Shown in pieces: positions 37,728 to 45,779 of a stretch of DNA of 64,000 nucleotides (position 1 is the stretch's first letter; each line of letters begins with the position of its first letter). The stretch covers positions 2,346 through 66,345 of the forward strand of contig JAUWGP010000013.1 of the NCBI GenBank assembly GCA_030606335.1, given 5' to 3'. The translations under genes were made by a program, and so were the position numbers. Under the pieces are notes generated by a model. That model worked only from the letters and a program-made list of their open reading frames with translations. It was not told where the DNA came from and made no database searches. Source of the DNA: a candidate division WOR-3 bacterium. GTDB lineage: Bacteria > Hydrothermota > UBA3073.

Positions 37728-38957
37728 ATGAAAGTTACAATGGTAATTCCATCGTATTGGACAAGAGAAAGTAATGTTGGTTGGAAGAAAGGGGACGCTA
37801 TCTATGACCACCCTACTCCTTTAGATAGCGAAAGCACATTGCTTAGGGCTATACAGAGTATAGACATACTGAAAGACAAAGATTTTCATTTGGTGATAAT
37901 CGCTGTTGCCACTGCAGAAGACATTGAAACCAAAGTTGAAAAGAAGGTTGCCAGTATTATCAAATCAGTTTCAACTATTATAGGAGTAGAATTATTCCTA
38001 TTCGGACCTTCCCATCTTAGAAAGATACATAATCTATTTACTAACAAGGGCAAAAATGAGTATATTAACCTTCTCAAACTCCGAGGATATTCTAACATCC
38101 GAAATCTATGCACCTTCATCCCTCATATCTTTGATTCAGAAGTAGCGCTTCTTATTGATGATGATGAGGTATTTGAAGACCCAGAATTCATATCTAAAGC
38201 AAAAGGATTTATCGGTAAAAATGTCGGAGGAAAAACAGTCAATGCAGTAGCAGGATATTACCTCCAACCAGACGGAGATTACCACATTAAAGGACCTTTT
38301 TGTCCCTGGATGAAATATTGGGATAAATGCGAGAAGATGAATGAAGCATTTGATAAGGTCATTGGAACCGAACCAAGGTTAAAAGAGACACCTTTTGTAT
38401 TTGGTGGGAATATGGTTATTCATCGAGATCTTTTTACTTTTGTGCCTTTTGATCCCAATGTTCCAAGAGGAGAGGATATGGACTTTTTGATAAATGCAAA
38501 GATGTTTAGTTTTACCTTCTTTCTGGATAACCAACTTTCTATAAAGCACCTTCCACCACAAAGTATACACCCCACCTGGATGCAGTTGAGAGAAGATATC
38601 TACCGATTTATCTATGAACGAGCTAAGATCGAGCACCAAAAAGAGACAAAAGGAATGATAAAGGTTTATCCAGAAGATTTTGACCCTTATCCAGGGGTTT
38701 TTTTTAAAAGTGATCTTGAGGATAAGATTGAAAAATCATGCGAACTGTTATCTGAAGAGTATCTTGCCCAGGGCGACAAACGAGGTAGTGAGGAGGTATT
38801 AAAGAATATTACGCTCTCCAAAACCGATGCTGTACCGAAATTCAACCCTTTTCAAGGGGTATGCAAGCTGCAAAAACGCTGGAGGGATTTGATGCTGTTT
38901 ACAAGCCAAGAAGATATTCGTTCGCAGATAAGAGATACTATCGGTAGTGTCAAATAG
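37728..38957 (+). CDS. Hypothetical protein, possibly GT-A-fold glycosyltransferase-like (VIPSY...IDDDE)
   Basis: Motif resemblance only; 409 aa; the last codons overlap the left end of a Q element. Confidence 0.3.
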   Translation: MKVTMVIPSYWTRESNVGWKKGDAIYDHPTPLDSESTLLRAIQSIDILKDKDFHLVIIAVATAEDIETKVEKKVASIIKSVSTIIGVELFLFGPSHLRKIHNLFTNKGKNEYINLLKLRGYSNIRNLCTFIPHIFDSEVALLIDDDEVFEDPEFISKAKGFIGKNVGGKTVNAVAGYYLQPDGDYHIKGPFCPWMKYWDKCEKMNEAFDKVIGTEPRLKETPFVFGGNMVIHRDLFTFVPFDPNVPRGEDMDFLINAKMFSFTFFLDNQLSIKHLPPQSIHPTWMQLREDIYRFIYERAKIEHQKETKGMIKVYPEDFDPYPGVFFKSDLEDKIEKSCELLSEEYLAQGDKRGSEEVLKNITLSKTDAVPKFNPFQGVCKLQKRWRDLMLFTSQEDIRSQIRDTIGSVK

Positions 38958-39143
38958 AATATGAAAAAAGACTAAAATTAACCACAGAGGACACGGAGGT
39001 AATATTAAATATCAAAAATTAAATATTAAAATGACAAATCAAAATTCAAAAATGCTCTGAGCCCTCTGCGGTTCCCCTGTTAAATAAAGTATAGGGAGTG
39101 ATTACTTATACTTAATCTTGTAACTATTTAACAGGGTGAATCT
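38947..39143. repeat. Q-type element fused to a P palindrome (IR-L AACCACAGAGGACACGGAG 38979-38997; CTCTGAGCCCTCTGCGGTT 39055-39073; P arm CCCCTGTTAAATA ... TATTTAACAGGGTGAATCT)
   Basis: Direct comparison with 32388-32540, 48485-48728 and 5143-5229. Confidence 0.75.
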
Positions 39144-39294
39144 TTGGTTTAAAAAATGGGAAAAAGATTGGTCTTACCCGTGAGATTTCGTATCCTTTCC
39201 ATACATATCATGTTCTGTGGAATGGATCTTGAGATTAATAAGAGGTCATATAGTGGAGGCATAAGACTCTTTTGCAAGTCCTTAATTAATAAAA

Positions 39295-39382
39295 TTCTCT
39301 GTGGTTCCCCTGTTAAATAAAGTACCAGGAGTGATTACTTGTACTCAATTTTGCAACTATTTAACAGGGTGAATCTGTGGTA
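39295..39382. repeat. P palindromic element (CTCTGTGGTTCCCCTGTTAAATA ... TATTTAACAGGGTGAATCTGTGG)
   Basis: Near-identical to 39064-39143 and to the reverse complement of 5143-5229. Confidence 0.75.
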
Positions 39383-39425
39383 TAGTTTTTTTGAAAATAC
39401 CAGAAATTATTGAGGGAGGAAGAAA

Positions 39426-40633
39426 ATGAACCTGCTGTTCTTGCCCAAGCTACTGCCCCATGCAGACATCATAGGTGGACCTATACTTATATATCATAGA
39501 ATTAAGAATCTATATTCGATGGGACATAAGATAACGCTAATTGCCCCTACTTTTACCGAGAATGATCAAGAGGATAAGAGTCTTGAGCCTTTCTGTGAGA
39601 GGATTATACCGATTAATTCTATCAGGGAAAGACCTCACGATGAAGTGGAGGTTCTTTATAAAAGACTGAACAGACCAAGATTATTCTTAACTGGAGATGG
39701 AGGTTATGATGAAAAATTGAAGATGCATTGAAGTTGACTTTGAAGGAGAAGTATTTCGATGCCATTATTGCTGAATATTCAATGATGGGGCAGTATATAG
39801 AGACGAATTATGCCATTATCCCTCCAGATACCATGGCTATAATTTCGGTGCATGAGTGTTATACAAAGGCGTTTGAATTAAGAGCTGCAAAAGGTGAGAA
39901 TATCAGTGAAGATATGATAAAAGAGTTGTTCGATTACGAGTTTAAGATGTATAGCATTGCTGATAAAATTTTGACTCTTACCAGTGAGGATGCCGATATC
40001 CTGATAAATTATGTTCCTGAGTTGAAAAAGAAAATCAATGTAGTACCACATGGAGTCGATACAGAGTTTTTTACTCCTCCCAGTGAAAACTCCTGGGATA
40101 GAGATAGTAAAAATATTCTATACATAGGAAATTTTCAGCATTATCCCAATGTAGATGCTGTGAAGAATTTTATAAGTAACTGTTGGAATAGAATCTTACA
40201 AGAAGTTCCTGATGCAAAGTTTTACACAATTGGGTTCAATCCACCTCAAGAACTCCTCGAATTAAAAAGCAGCAATGTGATTGTTCAAGAAGGAGGAGAT
40301 AGCGAAAATATACGGCGATTTTATTGGAATAGTGATGTGTTTGTAGCGCCTATTGAGTTAGGCACTGGTTTTAGAGGCAAACTCTTAGAAGCTATGGCTT
40401 GTGGACTGCCAGTCGTTGCTACCTCACGAGCTACTTTTGGAATAAATCCAATAAACGGGAAAAACATGTTTGTGACTGATGACTATGACGCTTTTTCTGA
40501 GTATGTTATTATGCTTCTAAAAGTACCAGAGCAAAGGGAAAAAATTGGTATGAATGCCTTGGCATTGGCAAGGAAATTTGATCACAGGTATGCAGCTGAA
40601 AAATTAGAGCAAGTGCTTAAAGAAGGTAAATGA
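39426..40633 (+). pseudogene. GT4-family glycosyltransferase split by a frameshift into 101-aa and 301-aa ORFs
   Basis: N-terminal GT4 acceptor-domain start (HKITLIAPTF) in frame 0 to stop at 39729-39731; C-terminal GT4 donor domain (EAMACGLPVVATS) in frame +2 from 39728; junction at GAAAAATTGAAG. Confidence 0.5.
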
Positions 40634-40681
40634 AACAATGAGGAGAGGAGGTATAGGGTCAAACCTGAAAAAAGAAAATAC

Positions 40682-40710
40682 TTGACACAAGAAGAAACCT
40701 GGTGTAAAAT
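40682..40710 (+). promoter_or_regulatory. Sigma70-type promoter (TTGACA-17-TAAAAT) with ~240-nt leader
   Basis: Hexamers with 17-nt spacer. Confidence 0.45.
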
Positions 40711-40952
40711 TATAGTATAGCAAGGTTTCCAGGATAGAAATATTCTGGTTCATTTTATCATGTCACTGTGGTAATAGAAGGGAAGATATATTCTCAGGGG
40801 ATAGCAATGGGTTAAACCAGTACAGGTAATATTGAGATAACAATGAAAGTAAAGAAGAATAACACTCTACAAGATATACAGGAAATTGTTGAGAATATAA
40901 CAGGCGTGATGAGAATGGAGTTAATCGGACGTGACCCCATGGGGAAGAAAAG

Positions 40953-42920
40953 ATGAATGTTCGAAGAATAATTTACGTAGGAGTTTTTCTGGCATTTTCT
41001 TGTCAGATGGCACATTTTAATTGGCTGAGAGCAGAGCAACTATCTATTGATAGGGTCGAACTGATGCCTAATGAGCCATCGCCTTACCTCATGAGAGACT
41101 GGAGACAAGTGGCCATAGATTATGATAACTTTGTTTTTAACTTCGATGCTACGGGTCAATTCCTACCATTAGGTTGGTGGGACACACAACCTGCGAATCT
41201 ATTCACGAATTCCTTTGGTATGCGAAGTTATGTAAAGGACTGGACTACAGGAGGATCTGGAGAGGCGATTAACTGTATTGCTGCAGTTGTAAGTGCAACA
41301 CTTGTTGGAATTGACAAAAGCAACCAGGGTGGCAATAACTTTGTCTATATGTGTCAGAACTGGCGAAACCCAAATGAAGGGATGATTATGAATAATCCAA
41401 CTGAGAGTAACCCATGTAGTTTTTGGTATGTGCTTCTACCGAATATTCTCTTCGACCAGCTTGTTTATTACTATCCTAATGTAGATAACATGTCATTAAT
41501 CATGTACGATGCGGCTCTAAAATGGTATGGAGCAGCGGATGTCATGCGCGAGGATGATAACGGTTTTGCCTACGAGGGTTTTGATTTTAATAATATGGAG
41601 CCTTGTCCAGGAACTCATAAAGAACCAGATGCAGCCGCTGGTATTGCCTGGATCGAATATATAGCTTATGTTAAGTTTCATGATACAAGATTCCTGAATG
41701 CTGCAGACTGGTGTTTAGATTGGCTCAGTTTTCTTACCTATAATCCTCTATATGAAATCTTACTACCCTATGGCGCCTATACTGCTGCGCGCATGAATGG
41801 GGAGCTCGGGCGAACTTACGATGTGCACAAGCTCATCAACTGGTGTTTTGGACCCGGTAGTCCACAAGCACGAGAGGGTTGGGGTGTCATTGCCCAGAAC
41901 TGGGGAGGTCATGACTGTCATGGTCTTCATGGCAGTATTACTGATGGTGGTGGCTACGCTTTTACGATGGGTAGTTTTGAAAATGTGGGTTGCCTGGTGC
42001 CTTTGGTGCGTTATGATGATCGCTATACCAGAGCCATTGGTAAATATGTGCTTAACGCAGCAAACGCTGCCCGCCTTTTCTACGGGAATGGACTTGATGC
42101 CCTACATCAGGACAGCGAAGACTGGATATATGAATATGATGAGAATTACTGCGTTGGCTATGAGGCACTACGAAAAATATGGGGAGGTATAAGCCCCCTC
42201 GCCACTGGTGATGTGAATAGAAACAGATACCTAAACCAAACTGGGAATACTAACCTTGCGCTTTATGGAAGTTCCCATGTGGGGATCTTCGGTGGAATAA
42301 TTAGACCCACAAATCACGAAAAGATTCTGCAGTTGGACTGCTTAGTGACAGATTATTTCCATGACACCGCCTACCCCACCTATCTTTACTACAACCCTTA
42401 TAATATTGCAAAAACAATAGAAATCAATGTGGGTCAAGACCCGAAAGACCTCTATGACGCGACCACCGATAGTTTTTTGGCTACCAACATCTCAGGTTTG
42501 GCTTCCTTTATACTTTCCGCAGATTCTGCAGCCGTAGTAGTTGTCGCCCCTGCCAATGGAGAGATAACTTACGATGACAATAAAACACTCATCAATGGTG
42601 TTGTTGTGGACTATGTTTCCAACTCCCAGTCTTGTGATGAGACGACAAGGCTCGTACCTACTCTCCGTATTTTTCCAAATCCTGCTATAGGAGAAGCCAA
42701 AATCTCTTTCACTGTACTAGAGAAGGGATTCGTTTCTGTCGAGATCTATGATTCTGCAGGTATGCTTGTAGAAACTTTGATGGAAGAAGTGAAGAATCCG
42801 GGCACTTATTTGATCTCTTGGAATAAAGGAAGCGGTAAGAAACTGCCAGTCGGTGTATACTTCTGCATTCTCATAACCAGTAAAGTAGAAAAAGTTGAAA
42901 AATTTCTTCTGGTGAGGTAA
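40953..42920 (+). CDS. Secreted protein of unknown function with C-terminal T9SS/FlgD-Ig-like sorting domain
   Basis: Signal peptide; C-terminus IFPNPAIGEAKISFTV...VGVYFCILITSKVEKVEKFLLVR, the same domain type as 55797-55857 and 57327-57387. Confidence 0.55.
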   Translation: MNVRRIIYVGVFLAFSCQMAHFNWLRAEQLSIDRVELMPNEPSPYLMRDWRQVAIDYDNFVFNFDATGQFLPLGWWDTQPANLFTNSFGMRSYVKDWTTGGSGEAINCIAAVVSATLVGIDKSNQGGNNFVYMCQNWRNPNEGMIMNNPTESNPCSFWYVLLPNILFDQLVYYYPNVDNMSLIMYDAALKWYGAADVMREDDNGFAYEGFDFNNMEPCPGTHKEPDAAAGIAWIEYIAYVKFHDTRFLNAADWCLDWLSFLTYNPLYEILLPYGAYTAARMNGELGRTYDVHKLINWCFGPGSPQAREGWGVIAQNWGGHDCHGLHGSITDGGGYAFTMGSFENVGCLVPLVRYDDRYTRAIGKYVLNAANAARLFYGNGLDALHQDSEDWIYEYDENYCVGYEALRKIWGGISPLATGDVNRNRYLNQTGNTNLALYGSSHVGIFGGIIRPTNHEKILQLDCLVTDYFHDTAYPTYLYYNPYNIAKTIEINVGQDPKDLYDATTDSFLATNISGLASFILSADSAAVVVVAPANGEITYDDNKTLINGVVVDYVSNSQSCDETTRLVPTLRIFPNPAIGEAKISFTVLEKGFVSVEIYDSAGMLVETLMEEVKNPGTYLISWNKGSGKKLPVGVYFCILITSKVEKVEKFLLVR

Positions 42921-43325
42921 TGTTTTACGAGGCAATGAAGAGGCGGGAATTAATCAGTTTATTGATAATACTATTTTGTATAGGGACCCCATCCCTCCAC
43001 GCACAAGCCACTTTCTCCTGGGTAGACCCGGAGGATTCTGTTCTTATAGTGACCATCCGTCAGATGGACAGGGTTATCCACTCTCCTATCGGATCAAGGC
43101 AACCGTTGTTGGCAGTGGCCATACATATACTGCCAATATGACACAGGATAACATGAGTGGCTTAAGGCAGGAATATGTCGATATGCGGTCTGACCCTAAA
43201 TCACTTAATCCGCGACTTAAAAAGTTAATATTAGTGTTCCTGATGAGCTGTTTATAATAGAATTCCCCTCAGGCGTTCCTGTTTATGACTTTCGAATTGA
43301 CAAGTCATTCATAGTTAAATGATAC
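42920..43325 (+). pseudogene. Degraded remnant of a paralog of the downstream gene (C-terminal ~110 codons, multiple frameshifts)
   Basis: 43236-43322 translates to VPDELFIIEFPSGVPVYDFRIDKSFIVK* versus the downstream gene's C-terminus VPDSLFMVKFPSGIPVYDSRTGRSFIAD*; further upstream GYPLSYRIKAT ~ GELCYRIRTA in another frame. Confidence 0.45.
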
Positions 43326-43451
43326 TTGTTCAAACTGCCTTGACGTTATTATGACATATACTTTCGATGAGTATGCAACCGCAGGCGATATGTGTGGTGG
43401 TGGGAAGCAATAAGTTTAGTGACTCATAACTACAAAATTAGGAGCAATATT

Positions 43452-44267
43452 ATGAAGTCGATATATGTTATATGCATGCTTTTGTTGTTTACCCAATCAC
43501 ATAGCGCCAATGAGATGTCGATACTTGAATTCGTCAAAGAAGGATGTCGAGCAAATGATAATTTAGTCTATAGTGGAATGGGACACTTAATGTGTGCGGT
43601 GGAGTTCCCTGAACCTCTCAAAAATTACCAATCCGAGATTTTCTTTGCTTTTGAAGGCAAAAAACTGTACTACGATTCTGAAGAGTTCTTCCCTAAAGAG
43701 CGTATAATTGTAAAACAAGCCTATGATGGGGAGAAAACAACAACATACCGCTGTAGGTATAATCTTGACGAGGGAACTATATTCCCAAGTGGTTCTATAA
43801 GTGGGGAGAATATAATCAATATGGACAATATCCCCATAAGTTATGGTATTGCTTTGTACTCGAAATCCCTTGAAGAGCTTCTATCTCAACAGGAAGCTGA
43901 ACTTATAGGAACTGACACGATTAACGGCGAACTCTGCTACAGGATTAGGACTGCATACGAAGGTGTTCCAATCGAAATGTTGGTAAACAGCAGGAGAGGT
44001 TTCAGAGCACAAGAAATTAAGGTTTCTAATCCACGAGGTACGGCAACAATTTCGATTCTCCTTGAGGAGTTCGAAAGATACATATGGTTCCCCAAATCTA
44101 TAAGGATTAAATTTCCCTTAGAGATCTCTGACGAGTTTAAAGAAATAATAGTAAAAGAGAACTTTAAAATTAATGTTGAAGTTCCAGACAGCCTGTTTAT
44201 GGTGAAATTTCCTTCAGGCATTCCTGTCTACGATTCTCGAACTGGTAGGTCTTTTATAGCTGATTAA
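43452..44267 (+). CDS. Secreted hypothetical protein
   Basis: Start set at ATG 43452 (MKSIYVICMLLLF...) after AGGAGC; signal peptide. Confidence 0.5.
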   Translation: MKSIYVICMLLLFTQSHSANEMSILEFVKEGCRANDNLVYSGMGHLMCAVEFPEPLKNYQSEIFFAFEGKKLYYDSEEFFPKERIIVKQAYDGEKTTTYRCRYNLDEGTIFPSGSISGENIINMDNIPISYGIALYSKSLEELLSQQEAELIGTDTINGELCYRIRTAYEGVPIEMLVNSRRGFRAQEIKVSNPRGTATISILLEEFERYIWFPKSIRIKFPLEISDEFKEIIVKENFKINVEVPDSLFMVKFPSGIPVYDSRTGRSFIAD

Positions 44268-44521
44268 TAATAGTAAAAATATTTTTGAAATAACCGCTAT
44301 CATTCGAGTGAGATGATACGAGAATCAGAAAGAAAGTTGATCAATCGTATTAATAATGAGGGTTTCCTTTGCTTTGCTGCTATCTTTGGAATTACTTCGG
44401 GCAAAACTATTATCGAAAGAAGAGGCTTTCAAAAAGCTGTTCGACAAATAAGTGCTATATTATTATAGGGAACATGTAGTCCGACATGTCAGAGTTTTAG
44501 TTAAACCAGAAAGGGATACAT

Positions 44522-45196
44522 ATGAATGGCGAAAAACCCATTAAGAAAAGTTTGGAGGATAGTGTAAAGCAGCTTTACTCAGAGGATCTTAAAAGCACAA
44601 AGGTAACAGGTATTTCTTACAAAAGTAGGCATACAGACTTTTTAAAAAGTCTTTTGATATCTCTTGGCTTGGTGGGCGGCCTTTTGGCTTTGTCCTCATA
44701 TATTTATGTGTTTAAACCAGAAATAAAAGAAAAAACATACAATACTACTGTCTATAAAGAACCCCCACCAGCTGAAAAAGTTGTAATCCGACGATATGAG
44801 CTATTACCTGGGAATAAAACTGGCACAGCAAAGGAGAAATACTTAGAAGGAATAGAGCTAATAGCAGTACGAAAAGGAATTACTTCGGAATTCGCTGTAA
44901 AGCAGCCTGAAGGCTCCGGGAATGGTTTATATGATGGATTCACCTATAGCCCACAAATACCTCCCTCCTATATTCCCGAGCCTACTAATATAGCTTTACC
45001 CAAATCTACAGTTAATGAAGTGTTGCCTTTTATGGAGAGAGAAAGGGAAATGAAAATCGGAGAATATTTGGGAGAACTTGTACTTATATGGACAATTCCC
45101 CAAGTAGGTGAAGGCTGGTCGAGGGTAGGGTACATTCCTCCCCCTGAATCTTCGGGGATTTATCACCCCCCACCATATATACCCCTGCCCCCCTGA
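44522..45196 (+). CDS. N-terminally membrane-anchored proline-rich protein; paralog of 63183-63995
   Basis: Shared blocks IELIAVRKGITSEFAVKQPEGSG / IELIAVKRAITSAFTVKLPEVSG and YSPQI...PEPT. Confidence 0.5.
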   Translation: MNGEKPIKKSLEDSVKQLYSEDLKSTKVTGISYKSRHTDFLKSLLISLGLVGGLLALSSYIYVFKPEIKEKTYNTTVYKEPPPAEKVVIRRYELLPGNKTGTAKEKYLEGIELIAVRKGITSEFAVKQPEGSGNGLYDGFTYSPQIPPSYIPEPTNIALPKSTVNEVLPFMEREREMKIGEYLGELVLIWTIPQVGEGWSRVGYIPPPESSGIYHPPPYIPLPP

Positions 45197-45449
45197 AGCT
45201 TTAGGGATTTACCAATATGATTGGAATTGAAAATTACCATATTCTACTTCCTTCCTTATGAGCCTAATGCTTATACTTTAAGTCAATCTCGTTCTAATCC
45301 TTCAAGATGTTCTATCTATAAGCTTTAATTAGCAAGTGCTCCTAACCTTATAGACAGTGCGAGATTGGGGTCAGTTCTTCAATTTTAAATATTTTCTTGA
45401 TTGCACAGGAAACTATACAACAATTCAGAGACTCAAGTATATGTCAGGT

Positions 45450-45507
45450 GGAGATTGCTTCGGGGATTGCTTTGGCTTCGCCTCGCAATGACTCCCCTCG
45501 TAATGAC
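45450..45507. repeat. REP-like hairpin repeat (GGAGATTGCTTCGGGGATTGCTTTGGCTTCGCCTCGCAATGAC...)
   Basis: Same family as the 3147-3339 cluster. Confidence 0.65.
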
Positions 45508-45779
45508 GATACTCCCGACAATCACAATAATAAAGAAATCATGGCTAATCTGTCCCGCTTTCTTCGGGATCCCGCCAAAGGCGGGACGTCCAATTTTTCT
45601 CTTGACTTTTTCTATTTTATGTGATACAATTTTTATCATTCTTAATCTTCTTTACAGCACTCAGGCAAAAATTCAAGAAATATCTTAAGTATAAGTGATT
45701 TTTGTTGGTTCCAAAGAACAAACTTAACGCATAATTGGGATAATGAAAAAAAGAGTTAATACTTCTTCTGGGAGGAATT

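Noticed and set aside
41797-42192. 131-aa ORF in an alternative frame
   Set aside because: Embedded in the same strand of the 655-aa secreted-protein gene; the host frame has the coherent signal peptide and sorting domain.
45397-45688. ORFs 45397-45624, 45401-45688 and 45433-45639
   Set aside because: They overlap each other on both strands and lie across a REP-like repeat in an intergenic region; no RBS and low-complexity translations. Likely spurious.
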